64,000 nt of DNA from Candidatus Latescibacterota bacterium (GTDB taxonomy: Bacteria; Latescibacterota; UBA2968; GCA-2709665), in the NCBI GenBank assembly GCA_963662665.2, contig CAXXJS010000010.1:224001-288000 (forward strand), read 5' to 3'. Made by a program: the position numbers and the translations under genes. Below the pieces are notes generated by a model. It did no database searches. It was given only the letters and a program-made list of their open reading frames with translations, and was not told where the DNA came from. Of the stretch, positions 1-10,135 are shown in pieces (within the stretch, counting starts at the first letter, position 1; every line of letters starts with the position of its first letter).

Positions 1-58
1 TCCCCCGGAGGACAACCTTTTCGATCTTGACAATGGGGTCGGTAAAAGCACTGGTCAT
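1..58 (-). CDS. 5' end of a gene running off the window (MTSAFTDPIVKIEKVVLRG...), possibly a TRAM-domain RlmD-like RNA methyltransferase
   Basis: ATG at 58-56 and frame open to the window edge; VKIEKVV..G loosely resembles the 'L.IEKLV.GG' N-terminus of RlmD-like proteins; only 19 codons visible. Confidence 0.3.
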   Translation of the reverse strand, partial: MTSAFTDPIVKIEKVVLRG

Positions 59-180
59 ATGTAGGGCCCAGGAATCCCGTATGGATGTGCGGAATGATAA
101 AGTAAGCCAAAAAACGGGGGTTGGAAATCAAAAAAGCCTGTGTCGTCAGGCCTTCCGTTTTAGTACTCAGGAATTTGGTC

Positions 181-209
181 TTGACGGACGGTACAAGATG
201 TAGTATTTT
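181..209 (+). promoter_or_regulatory. Putative sigma70 promoter for smc
   Basis: TTGACG-N17-TATTTT. Confidence 0.4.
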
Positions 210-435
210 TCAGGCATCGCGACGGATAATTCCCCAATTTGTTGCGTAATCCGCACCTCCCCAACCCTCCCCGTTTCCATTTATCCTTGCTTTTCCGGAC
301 CAATAGCGAACGTCCGCGCAGTCCGGGTGAGGACACGACGGATCGGAACGCCTGGCGTTTCCTCCCCACCAGGGTGTCGGTCGCGTGTATCCGTACTGAC
401 AGGCCGGATGTTTGTGTTTTTCAGGAGGCGGTACT

Positions 436-3400
436 TTGCATCTTTCCCGGCTGACGGCATTGGGCTTCAAATCCTTCGTGCAACAGCTGGACCTTTCGCT
501 CCAGAATGGCATTACCTGCGTTGTGGGGCCTAACGGCTGCGGCAAATCGAACGTGGTTGATGCGCTGCGCTGGGCGCTGGGCGAGCAGCGGGTCCGGTCG
601 TTGCGCAGCACCAATATGGAAGATGTGATTTTTTCGGGTACACGGAATCGGAAACCACTCGGGATGGCCGAGGTATCAATCACGATTGACAATGCGGAAC
701 GGATTCTGCCGGTTGACTATACCGAGGTAACCGTTACCCGACGGCTGTTCCGGTCCGGAGACAGCGACTATCTGCTGAACAGGGTCCCCTGCCGGTTGAA
801 GGACATCCAGAATCTGCTGATGGATACGGGACTGGGCGCTCACGCCTACTCCGTGATAGAGCAGGGGATGATGGATGAGATCATCAGCGATAAACCCGAG
901 GAACGGAGGCGCCTCTTCGAAGAGGCCGCGGGCGTAACCCGTTACAAAGTACAGCGGCGGGCGGCGTGGAACCGTCTGGAGTCTGTCCGGAGGGACCTGG
1001 TGACCGTAGACGCAGTCATGGATCAGATCGAACGCCAGGTGAAATCCCTCGCACGGCAGGAGCGGAAAGCGCGGCTCTACAGACAGCTCTCGGACCAGAT
1101 GAAGGACCTCGAGGTCCGGTTGGGTCGCTACCGGTTCTTTCAGATGTCCGAAAGATCCCGGCCGGTTGCGGATGAGATGGCCTTTCTCAATGAGGACGTG
1201 GCGTTGGCCTCCGGTGACGTCGCTCGACTGGAGGCTCGTCTGGAGGCGGTTCGCACGGAACTGACCGAACGGGATCATGCACTCACGGAAGCCAACGCGG
1301 CGGTGAGCCGGCAGAGCGGACTGGCGCATCGGAAGCAAACGGATATCGAGGTCGAGCAGGAGAAAGTCCGTTCTATCGACACATTCCTCCAGCAGGCGGC
1401 CCGGCGACAGGAGGAACTGGCCGCACGGCGGGATATAGCGAGCGAGGGGGCAAAGGATGCGGCGCAGCGAGGGACCCGGGACCGGGAGGCGCTGCAACGC
1501 GCGGAAGCAGCATTGGCGGCGGAGCAGGCCGTGCTGGACGCGACGAACCAGGGCCTCGACGCGCGACGAAACCGGACGGACGAACAGAAGACACAACTGT
1601 TGAGCGCGATGGGTGAAATCACAGGTGGGAGCAGACGGCTGGAACGCGGCCAGGCCAGGCTGGAGGGAATTGCACAGCGCCAGGCCCGCCTTGAAGCGGA
1701 TGCGAAGCAGTCGACGCTACTGAAAGAGGAGGCAGACGACTCCCGTCGTGAGGCCGAACGGCAGATTGATCACCTGGAAAGTGAAGTTGCCGAACAAACC
1801 GAGCTCAGGGAGACTTACGCGGCTGAATACAGGCGGCTGAATGAAGAACAGGAAAGCATGACGGAAAAACGCAGCCTGCTGCGGGCTCAACGGGAGGCCG
1901 ACGGAGCGCGGGTTGGCCTTTTGAAAAAGCTTCGGGAGGGATTCGAAGGGTATTCCAACGGTGTACGCGCGCTGGCGGTCGATTCTCCGTTTGCGGACCG
2001 TGTGCGCGGCGTGGTTGCGGACCGCATTGAAGTGGATACGCGGTATGCGACTGCCATTGAAGCGGCTCTCGGACGCGCGCTGGAATGTCTGCTGGTGGAC
2101 GAGCCCGCCGACGCGGTGAAGGCAATGGATTACCTTAGATCGGGCGACCGCGGATCGGCTGCGTTTCTGCCGCTGAATTTCGTTTCCGGCGGCAACGGCG
2201 TCCCCTGGACGCCGCCGGATGACGCAGGGGTAGCGGGTAGAGCGTCGGATCTGCTGCGCGGTGAAGATTCACCCGTTCACGCACTGCTGCAACGGACGCT
2301 CGTGGTGGACAACTCGTATAACGCGCTTCCCCTTCTGGAAAAAATGCGGCCGCTTGGCGTGGACGTGGTCACCGAGAAAGGCGAGCTGTTTTCGGCCGAC
2401 GGGACGATATTCGGCGGGAAGAAGGTCGATGGCGGAACGGGACTGATCGGACGCAGACAGGAGATTGTATCGCTGGAAGCGAATCTGAGTACCGCCGACG
2501 TCGAACTGACGGCGTTGGCTGCGGAAATCGAAAACGGCGCTGCATCGATTAACGAATTGCAGACCCGCATTGGCGACACGGACGGTATTCTGACGGACCT
2601 GAACAATCGTCTGACCGGGCACCGCCAGGATCTTCAGGTCGCGCAGGCCGAAGAACAGCGACAGGTGCGCTTCGAGTCGGAAATACGCGATGAAATCGCC
2701 GCGCTGACGTCCGGCGAAACCTCACTGAGGGAATCGATCGCTTCCGAGGCCGCGGAATTGGACGTACTGGAAAAACGTCGGGAACAATTGGAAACGGCAA
2801 CGCGTGAGGCGGACGTGTCGATGCGGGAACGGGAGCACCGGCAGCGGTCGGAACAGGACGCCGTCTCCAGGCGGCAGGTAGAGATCGCTTCACTGAAAGC
2901 CGGCGTGGACCGGCACGGAGACGAAGCGCAGAGATGGGCTCGGGACCTGGCCGAATCAAAACGCGAAATCGAACGACTGGCCGCCGATTGCGGGAAACGA
3001 AAGAAGGAAAGGACCGACCTTGAGAAATCCGCTCAGGCTGCCGCGAAGGAACTGGAGGTCCTGCATCGCAGACAGGACGAACTGGAGGCGGAGCGGGACA
3101 GGCAGGCGGAGCGCCAGCAGGCGTTGCTGACGGATACCCGGAAGTTGGAAGACAGTGCGCGGGACAAGAACCGGCGGGCGAACCGGAACCGGGAACGATT
3201 GGGCGAACTGCAGGGCGAGATGGCGGAACTCAGAACGGGGGCCGAGGCGTTACGCTCTCGAATTCTGGACGAACACGAGGTGGATATCAAACAAGCGGGC
3301 GCGTTGGACGATCCGGAATTCGACGAAGACGTCACTGACAGACGGACAAGCGGGCTTCGCGAACGGCTCCGTCGGATGGGTCCGGTCAACCTCGCCGCCG

Positions 3401-4032
3401 TGGAAGAGTATGAGGACCAGAAGCAACAGTACGAGTTTATGTCCAAACACAGGAGCGATCTGCTGGACGCGGCGGAAACCCTTCAGCGCACCATATCGAA
3501 GATCGACCGGACGGCCCGCGGCCGTTTTATGGTAACGTTCGATCAGATCAGGGAGAATTTCCGGAAAACGTTCGAGGCGTTTTTCGAAGGCGGCCAGGCG
3601 GATCTCCTGATGCCTGCGGACCAGGACCCGCTGGAAGCGCCGCTGGAGATTATCGCCCGTCCGAAAGGCAAACAACTGCAGCATATCAATCTGCTTTCCG
3701 GTGGAGAACGGGCGTTGACCGCGATTGCGCTGTTGTTCGCAATCTACCTGGTGAAACCCAGCCCGTTCTGTATCCTCGACGAGGTCGACGCCCCTCTGGA
3801 CGATGCCAACGTCGCACGTTTCGTGCGGGTGCTCAAACGGTTCTCGGCCGACACCCAGTTCATCGTGGTGACCCACAACAAGGTCACGATGGCAGCGGCG
3901 GACTGTCTGCACGGGATTACCATGGAAGAGCCGGGGGTGTCCAGGCTGGTATCCGTCAGGCTGGACCACGAAACCCACGGCGGAAACGGGCGGGCGGAAG
4001 CGGTGGCGGAGACCACGGCCGCGGACGATTGA
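436..4032 (+). CDS. smc: Chromosome segregation protein SMC
   Basis: Walker A GPNGCGKSN, long coiled coils, hinge region, LSGGE signature, ILDEVDAPLD Walker B/D-loop; TTG start at 436 after AGGAGG (ORF track starts at 412). Confidence 0.97.
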   Translation: MHLSRLTALGFKSFVQQLDLSLQNGITCVVGPNGCGKSNVVDALRWALGEQRVRSLRSTNMEDVIFSGTRNRKPLGMAEVSITIDNAERILPVDYTEVTVTRRLFRSGDSDYLLNRVPCRLKDIQNLLMDTGLGAHAYSVIEQGMMDEIISDKPEERRRLFEEAAGVTRYKVQRRAAWNRLESVRRDLVTVDAVMDQIERQVKSLARQERKARLYRQLSDQMKDLEVRLGRYRFFQMSERSRPVADEMAFLNEDVALASGDVARLEARLEAVRTELTERDHALTEANAAVSRQSGLAHRKQTDIEVEQEKVRSIDTFLQQAARRQEELAARRDIASEGAKDAAQRGTRDREALQRAEAALAAEQAVLDATNQGLDARRNRTDEQKTQLLSAMGEITGGSRRLERGQARLEGIAQRQARLEADAKQSTLLKEEADDSRREAERQIDHLESEVAEQTELRETYAAEYRRLNEEQESMTEKRSLLRAQREADGARVGLLKKLREGFEGYSNGVRALAVDSPFADRVRGVVADRIEVDTRYATAIEAALGRALECLLVDEPADAVKAMDYLRSGDRGSAAFLPLNFVSGGNGVPWTPPDDAGVAGRASDLLRGEDSPVHALLQRTLVVDNSYNALPLLEKMRPLGVDVVTEKGELFSADGTIFGGKKVDGGTGLIGRRQEIVSLEANLSTADVELTALAAEIENGAASINELQTRIGDTDGILTDLNNRLTGHRQDLQVAQAEEQRQVRFESEIRDEIAALTSGETSLRESIASEAAELDVLEKRREQLETATREADVSMREREHRQRSEQDAVSRRQVEIASLKAGVDRHGDEAQRWARDLAESKREIERLAADCGKRKKERTDLEKSAQAAAKELEVLHRRQDELEAERDRQAERQQALLTDTRKLEDSARDKNRRANRNRERLGELQGEMAELRTGAEALRSRILDEHEVDIKQAGALDDPEFDEDVTDRRTSGLRERLRRMGPVNLAAVEEYEDQKQQYEFMSKHRSDLLDAAETLQRTISKIDRTARGRFMVTFDQIRENFRKTFEAFFEGGQADLLMPADQDPLEAPLEIIARPKGKQLQHINLLSGGERALTAIALLFAIYLVKPSPFCILDEVDAPLDDANVARFVRVLKRFSADTQFIVVTHNKVTMAAADCLHGITMEEPGVSRLVSVRLDHETHGGNGRAEAVAETTAADD

Positions 4033-4078
4033 ACGCGGCCGCGATCACGACATCAGAGTTGGCGCAAGACCGGTATGT

Positions 4079-6148
4079 TCATACCGAACCCAGGCTCTTC
4101 AGAATCTTCGCGACAATGGCATCCGTATCGTGCACGCCGGACAGCCGTTCGACGATGATTCCCTGCGGATCGACCAGGAAATAGGCCGGTATCCCGCGAA
4201 CGTTGTAGTCAACAACGGGACCGGAACCGGAGACCCCGGAGCGTACGTGTACCCCGTCGATCCCGTGTTCTTCAATGGCCTTGCGCCACGCGGCGTCGCT
4301 CGAATCCAGTGAAAGGTTAACGAAAACCACCGGCAAATCGGTGGTTTTCTTCTTTAATTTCCGGATAGACGGCAGGTTGGCGATGCATGGCCCGCACCAA
4401 CTCGCCCAGAAGTCCAGCAGCACCACCTTGCCTCTGAACTGGCTGAGGGATACCTGCTGCCCTCCCAGATCCGTCAGTGTAAATTCGGGCGCGGGACGGC
4501 CCGGCCGCAGCACCATCGCCTTTTCCAACGCCGCCAGGACCGCCGCGTTGTATTCCGGGTAGGGGTTGGTTGCGCGGAAGTCCCGCCATTTGCGACGGAC
4601 CAGTTCAAAGTTCTCGCCGCCGTACTCGAAACTTCGGATCAATTCCCCGGCCAGGAACCAGTAAAGCACGCGCCCTTTCAATTTCTTCTCGGCCAAGTCA
4701 ATCCTGTGTGGAAGCCTGGGTATGGACCGTTTCCTGATTGCATAGATCGAATCCAGCTTCGCCTGCACCGCCTGTGGCAGACCCAGACCCGCGAGGTCCA
4801 GCTTCTGGGACAGCTTGAGCGGCTGTCGGTTCTCGTACAGGGAGTCCAGATGTGCGACCACTTCCGGCGTCTGGTCCAATTCCGACAGATCCACCATTTC
4901 GGACAGCTTCTGCGTCTTGCGGATCGACTTCAATTGCCCTTCCATGTCCATGCCTTCTTCTACGGGCAGCCGGATAACCAGCGAACCGCCTGTGGTATCG
5001 ATTTCCGGTTTTTTCAGCTTGCTTGAAGTCGTGATCCTGTACGATCTGCCACTCTTTTCGTATAAGTAGTCGAGGCGGGCGTGAGCTGCCTGCGGGACGC
5101 CCAATTTCGGCAAATCGATGATGTCGGACAGTGTGGAACTGCTCCTGTTGTCATACAACGAATCAAGCCTGTCCGCGACCGGTTTCGGCAGATCCGATGC
5201 TCCCAGCCGGATCATTTTTGACAGCTTCGGGTGCCACCCGTACAGTGCATAGAGTGCGTCGAGACCTGCGACGGTCTCCTCCCGAAGAACCAGACTCGAC
5301 AAATCGTATTGATCGCTGAGCCTGTCGGACACGGGCATCCTCATCATTTCCAGGTCCAGCGTCCGGATGAGGTAGATCTTATACGTATCCATGCCGATCG
5401 CCTTCTCGTCCACCAGCGGGACCCGTTTCAGGAAGTCGTGGAATTCAGGCGGGATATCCGGGTTCTCCCGGCCGGTGGCGCGCCGGTAATTTTCCGGGTA
5501 TGAAATCTTCAGAAAGGCATACGTGTAGTTGAAAAAGCGTTTCGCATACTCGACGAATTCCGGCGAGAACGCGTATCTCGTTCGCCGCCTGTCCAGGAAT
5601 TCAAGCTGCTCCGTGCGCCACCCGTCCGCCAGGCGCGAAAAGTCTGCCGCCTTCACTGTCCTGGAGTCCCTGATTTCCTTTTGGAAGTCCTGGAACCGGG
5701 GGTACCATTCGGCAATAAACCGGCTGTTGTCCGCGTTGGTTCCGTTGAACCGGAACGAGGTATAGAGATGTCCGGGGTGGATTTTGATATGCAGGCTGTC
5801 GCCGGGCTCGACAAACAGCACCAGGGGACCGGGCTTGAAGATGGACGACGCGGCCTGCCGCACCCACTTCCACGGGACGCTTCTGCCCTTGTAACTCCCC
5901 CGAACGAGGGACCCTCGGACGACGGGAATCTCGAGGGCGAACCGGTTCCGGCTGTCCAGGCGCACGCGCTGCTCGGATTGTCGTCCCAGCGCCCAGGGCG
6001 AGTCATACTTGAACGTGATCTCTCTCGATGTCGGGTCCCGGACTTCACCTGTGATAACCGCGACCGAAGGCTCGCCGCTTTCCGCGGCAAAAGCAGCGGT
6101 CGACGCGGCAAGCAGGACGAACAGAATCTGACAGATTGCGCTCTTCAT
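4079..6148 (-). CDS. Exported TlpA/ResA-like thiol-disulfide oxidoreductase with long N-terminal region and internal ~31-aa repeats
   Basis: Signal peptide MKSAICQILFVLLAASTAAFA; C-terminal GRPAPEF...LDFWASWCGPC thioredoxin domain. Confidence 0.85.
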   Translation of the reverse strand: MKSAICQILFVLLAASTAAFAAESGEPSVAVITGEVRDPTSREITFKYDSPWALGRQSEQRVRLDSRNRFALEIPVVRGSLVRGSYKGRSVPWKWVRQAASSIFKPGPLVLFVEPGDSLHIKIHPGHLYTSFRFNGTNADNSRFIAEWYPRFQDFQKEIRDSRTVKAADFSRLADGWRTEQLEFLDRRRTRYAFSPEFVEYAKRFFNYTYAFLKISYPENYRRATGRENPDIPPEFHDFLKRVPLVDEKAIGMDTYKIYLIRTLDLEMMRMPVSDRLSDQYDLSSLVLREETVAGLDALYALYGWHPKLSKMIRLGASDLPKPVADRLDSLYDNRSSSTLSDIIDLPKLGVPQAAHARLDYLYEKSGRSYRITTSSKLKKPEIDTTGGSLVIRLPVEEGMDMEGQLKSIRKTQKLSEMVDLSELDQTPEVVAHLDSLYENRQPLKLSQKLDLAGLGLPQAVQAKLDSIYAIRKRSIPRLPHRIDLAEKKLKGRVLYWFLAGELIRSFEYGGENFELVRRKWRDFRATNPYPEYNAAVLAALEKAMVLRPGRPAPEFTLTDLGGQQVSLSQFRGKVVLLDFWASWCGPCIANLPSIRKLKKKTTDLPVVFVNLSLDSSDAAWRKAIEEHGIDGVHVRSGVSGSGPVVDYNVRGIPAYFLVDPQGIIVERLSGVHDTDAIVAKILKSLGSV

Positions 6149-6446
6149 AAGTCGATCCCCCATTCGGATCTCTTGTCACCCGACGCGCCAAACCCTGAGG
6201 CGACGTTCGCCGGAATTACGACACACAACTCAATCGTTTGCGATAGGCAATACGCCCGGTCGTCGCTGTTGAACCCAACCTGCGGCGTCAATGATAATCG
6301 CACCGCATTCCGCGGATACTTTTCCGTCCTCCCAGACACACAAAAAGATAGCCAATTTGCCGTCCGGAAGCGAACGCAAACGTCCGTCCCGCGACAGAGC
6401 CATTTCCGGCGATTGTCACGGAGACACTGATTGGTACAAACTGGAA

Positions 6447-8516
6447 TCATTCCGATTTTCTGGGGTTTTCGAAGATAGCCAGGTTGTTGTTCAGAAGGGC
6501 GTAGATATAATCGCCCCTTAGAATAAACATATCGCGTCCACGAACGGCCCCTCGCGGGTCAGATCTAAGAATGTTGGGGCCGAGGCGATAGGTAAACCGT
6601 TTATACAACCCGAGTGTCTCCATCCGCTTATACGCGCCGTAGACGGTTTTGCTATATGTTTGGACCGATCCACCTCTGAGGGCGTAGGCCGACTTTCCTT
6701 CGATCTTCATCAACGTTGGCAGACGCGTCCACGGGAGGTAGTCGACTTCCACCGGCTTCCGGGGATCGCTGATGTCCACAATCGCAATCTCGCGCGGCAG
6801 GGGTCGTTCGACATATGCCCGATCGTCATCAACGGTAAGTGGCCCCAATCCGGGCGGTGCGGCACGCGTGTACGCTTGTTTTCCGTGGATTTGCATCATC
6901 CGCTCGAACACCCGTGCAAACCTCGGACCCGCTTCCTCCTGTATCCTTGACAGGCGTTCAGGAACCTCTCCTGAAGCCAGTTGTTGATGGAATTCCTGAA
7001 CCATCGTCTCGTAACGGACAGAACGACCGAATCGACGCAGCGGCGTCCGGCTCAATATTGAGGGGCGACCGGAATCTGCAAGATCCAGAATCATGAAATC
7101 GTGTCCAAGCGTGAGAAATGCGCGTGGACCTGCGAACTGTATTGTCCACTCGTCGTTCCAGGCATGTTTCGCCGCCTCTTCGAGAGTCAATATCTGAGTC
7201 TGTTGTGGCAGGCCACCTTCTTGTATGTCAAACCTGTGCATTTCCAGGAATTTATCCCGGATAAGCCCCGCGTAAAGATGATTCTCCCATACTCCCCACC
7301 CTACGAACCGGGGGTTGCGCTTCAATGTTGGGGTTGTGCCTTTCTCGGTCAGATACAACAGCTTCTTCGACTGCAGCCGCACACGGTCCGGTTGGCTGAG
7401 GTCGAATATTGCGACGCCCACACTGCCGCGAAATCCGCCCCATACGTACGCACGCGAGCCGGACAACGCCAACCGTTGGAGGCGCCACCCGCCCCCGCTG
7501 ACCCGGCCGACTTGCACAGGCGCCGAGACATCCGACACGTCCACGACGCTCAGTTCCCGATCGAGTAATACAACCGCAAGTTCATCCCTCAACGCCATAT
7601 CCACCACTTTTGTTTCGTAGCGCAGGCGCCCTAACGGTCGGTTGTGGGGATGCGGGTGCGGAGATCGAACGTGATCCATTCCGATGAGGACAACTGCGCA
7701 GATCAAGGCGATTCCTCCAAGCACCCACTGGAAACGCCGTCGCAACTGCTCACTGCCTACACGGCAGGACAGAGCCAGAATGCCGCCGGCCACCAGGACG
7801 GCCACCGCGCTCCTGGCAATCAGAAGAGAAGCGTCGAATGCCTTTCGAAGGATTCCCGCGTGGTCGTGCACGCCAACGGAGAACAGGAGCCTGAAATAGA
7901 ATGCCACGATGGGCGGACCCCAGCTCCACGCAATCATTATACATACGTATGCTACCCAGGCGGCGATCAGGCACGTTACTGCAGCCTTGAGGGGATGGTT
8001 GGTAAGTGTCGATACGAGCACGGACAGGGCATAGGGAATCAAGCTGACCAGGAACCACAGGAGTACGGTCCGTCCATATCCAACGTCAGTCAGAATCTCA
8101 TCCGGCTGCCAGCCTGGCCACAGGATAAGAGACCGAGGCGGGAAGAAACCCATTTTGTCGATGAAATTTCCATCTATCGCCATATCGATGAATACACCAG
8201 CCCAATAGGAAGCCAGGACCGCCAGAAGTCCAACAGCGCCCACGATAAATTTCGTCAAGAGAATCTTCCACAAAGCCAGGGGCCGGCATAGCAGGAAGGG
8301 CAGCGTCATCCGGCTGCGCTCCCGAGCGATCGCATCCATCCCCATCAGCACCGCGCCAAAGAGACCTACCGAGTGACTGACGACATTGACATCGGCAGGG
8401 GCGAAGTCCCATTGGGAGAAAACCAGCCCGATAGTCATCGCCAACCCCGCGCACGCGGCGATTTTGTAGGCGGATTCCCGGGCTTCCTTCCAGAACAGAG
8501 CAACGATCGGGTTCAT
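6447..8516 (-). CDS. ABC-2-type transporter permease fused to a C-terminal LVIVD-like beta-repeat domain
   Basis: LFWKEARE N-terminus, ERSRMTLPFLLCRP motif, several TM helices, then repeats LSVVDVSD / AIFDLSQP / MILDLADS / IAIVDISDP; overlaps the ATPase stop. Confidence 0.8.
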   Translation of the reverse strand: MNPIVALFWKEARESAYKIAACAGLAMTIGLVFSQWDFAPADVNVVSHSVGLFGAVLMGMDAIARERSRMTLPFLLCRPLALWKILLTKFIVGAVGLLAVLASYWAGVFIDMAIDGNFIDKMGFFPPRSLILWPGWQPDEILTDVGYGRTVLLWFLVSLIPYALSVLVSTLTNHPLKAAVTCLIAAWVAYVCIMIAWSWGPPIVAFYFRLLFSVGVHDHAGILRKAFDASLLIARSAVAVLVAGGILALSCRVGSEQLRRRFQWVLGGIALICAVVLIGMDHVRSPHPHPHNRPLGRLRYETKVVDMALRDELAVVLLDRELSVVDVSDVSAPVQVGRVSGGGWRLQRLALSGSRAYVWGGFRGSVGVAIFDLSQPDRVRLQSKKLLYLTEKGTTPTLKRNPRFVGWGVWENHLYAGLIRDKFLEMHRFDIQEGGLPQQTQILTLEEAAKHAWNDEWTIQFAGPRAFLTLGHDFMILDLADSGRPSILSRTPLRRFGRSVRYETMVQEFHQQLASGEVPERLSRIQEEAGPRFARVFERMMQIHGKQAYTRAAPPGLGPLTVDDDRAYVERPLPREIAIVDISDPRKPVEVDYLPWTRLPTLMKIEGKSAYALRGGSVQTYSKTVYGAYKRMETLGLYKRFTYRLGPNILRSDPRGAVRGRDMFILRGDYIYALLNNNLAIFENPRKSE

Positions 8517-9412
8517 TGTTGCCCTCCTGATTCCGGCCGGACGTGGGCGACAAAGGCCTCCTCGAGGCCGACGTCCATGACGTCCTCGATATGCCCGCCC
8601 TGCGCCTGGATGGGCGCGGCCTGCGCCTCGCCGTACCCCACCACCGTCAGCAGCAGCCGCGACCCCTCGCCCTGCACCTGGCGCAGGCCCTCGATATCCC
8701 GCAGTTCATCCGCGCCATCCGGCATGCGCACGACCACCCGCTTTACCGAACCCTTCACCTCGTCCACTGCGCCTTCGGCCACCAGGCGGCCCTTTTCGAT
8801 TATCGCCACACGGTCGGCCACGCGCTCCACCTCGTGGACCAGGTGCGAGGAGAGGAAGACCGTGCGGCCCTCCTCCTGGATGAGCCCGATGATGCTCTCG
8901 AGGAAGTCACGCCGCACCACCACGTCCAGCCCCGAAGCCGGCTCGTCCAGGATCAGCAGCCGCGGCCCGTGGCCCAGGGCTAACGTGAGGGCCAGTTGAG
9001 CGTTCATCCCCCGGGACAGGTGTTTGACCTTCTGATCCGGGTCCAGGCCGAACCGGTCGATGAGCGCATCCACCCTGTCGTGGTTCCATGTGTCGTAAAA
9101 CTGACCGGTGAACCAGACGAGTTCCCTCACCCTCATCCAGCCGTACATCACGCGATTTTCCGCTACGTATCCCACCTGCCGCCGAAGCTCCATGGAGCCT
9201 GTCACCGGATTCAGCCCCAGGACCTCCACCCTCCCGGCCCTGGGCTTCAGGAGGTTCATGAGGATCTGAATCGTGGTGGTCTTGCCCGCGCCGTTACGGC
9301 CGAGGAAACCGCAGACCGTACCAGCGGGTACCTCCAACCGCAGATCGTCCACGGCTGTAAGTTTGCCGAAGCGATGGGTCAACCCCTCGATTGCGATCGC
9401 CGTGCCGTTCAT
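8513..9412 (-). CDS. ABC transporter ATP-binding protein (YtrB-like)
   Basis: GRNGAGKT, LSRGM, LILDEP, SSH motifs; ATG at 9412 after GGAG. Confidence 0.93.
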   Translation of the reverse strand: MNGTAIAIEGLTHRFGKLTAVDDLRLEVPAGTVCGFLGRNGAGKTTTIQILMNLLKPRAGRVEVLGLNPVTGSMELRRQVGYVAENRVMYGWMRVRELVWFTGQFYDTWNHDRVDALIDRFGLDPDQKVKHLSRGMNAQLALTLALGHGPRLLILDEPASGLDVVVRRDFLESIIGLIQEEGRTVFLSSHLVHEVERVADRVAIIEKGRLVAEGAVDEVKGSVKRVVVRMPDGADELRDIEGLRQVQGEGSRLLLTVVGYGEAQAAPIQAQGGHIEDVMDVGLEEAFVAHVRPESGGQQ

Positions 9413-9431
9413 ATCGACTCCTTCCTCCCGG

Positions 9432-9821
9432 TCAATCTTCTTTCCGAAAACGGTCAAGTCGTTCCCGGACCACCTGCTCCATTTCCTCAGGGCTCAGTTC
9501 CAGTTCAACGCCCTGCACCAGCGCCCTGTCCAGCAGTTCCCTCACGATTTCCAGCTTTTCTTCGCGGGATATGGTGACGTCCCGCTCGGCGACGTACGTG
9601 CCCATCCCACGTTTCTTGTAGATGAATCCCTCGCGCTCCAGTTCCAGATAGGCGCGCGCCACCGTATTCGGGTTGATCAGGTACTGGCCGGCGAGTTCCC
9701 TCACAGAGGGTAGTTCTTCGTGCGGCTTCAGCACCCCCCGGGCCATCTGGTACCTGATCTGCTCCATCATCTGCAGGTAGATGGGTACCCCGTTGGCCGT
9801 GTCTATGCGCAAGGGCAACAT
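9432..9821 (-). CDS. GntR family (YtrA subfamily) transcriptional regulator
   Basis: PIYLQ...LPSVRELA...INPNTVARAYLELEREG...GMGTYV with short C-terminus; directly upstream of the ABC genes. Confidence 0.92.
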   Translation of the reverse strand: MLPLRIDTANGVPIYLQMMEQIRYQMARGVLKPHEELPSVRELAGQYLINPNTVARAYLELEREGFIYKKRGMGTYVAERDVTISREEKLEIVRELLDRALVQGVELELSPEEMEQVVRERLDRFRKED

Positions 9822-9936
9822 GACAACGTTCCCGTTTTGCCCAATCCCAACGAAGTTCACTATCAGGACGGGGTTTCGACGTCCCGGACACGCCGTCCGG
9901 GCATCGATGAGTCTCAGGTGGAATGCTCGATGAGTA

Positions 9937-9994
9937 TTACTGTATGAGTGAACCGATACAGTAACATACTAACCAATCGCGTCCGGAAACGCAA
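9937..9994 (-). promoter_or_regulatory. Sigma70 promoter and palindromic YtrA-type operator
   Basis: Minus strand TTGCGT-N17-TAGTAT (9994-9966); inverted repeat TTACTGTAT-N10-ATACAGTAA (9937-9964) just downstream, TGTA...TACA core as in YtrA boxes. Confidence 0.7.
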
Positions 9995-10040
9995 GTGGTT
10001 TTTTCGTCAACAGGGAAAAATAGCCGGCGACCGTCGCGGC

Positions 10041-10065
10041 GGGCGCCCACAAGGGACGCCCCTAC
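10041..10065 (-). repeat. GTAG-type REP-like palindrome
   Basis: Minus strand GTAGGGGCGTCCCTTGTGGGCGCCC: GTAG foot plus imperfect hairpin. Confidence 0.55.
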
Positions 10066-10108
10066 AAGGCGAGGGGGAAGCGCTGAGAAGGTGAAGGCGC
10101 AGGATTAT

Positions 10109-10135
10109 GTAGCGCAAATTGCCAATTTGCGGTAC
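10109..10135 (+). repeat. Second GTAG-type REP-like palindrome
   Basis: GTAGCGCAAATTGCCAATTTGCGGTAC, near-perfect hairpin starting with GTAG. Confidence 0.5.

Noticed and set aside
6288-6310. AATGATAATCG resembling a Fur box upstream of the TlpA-like gene
   Set aside because: Only half of the consensus matches and there is no iron-related context
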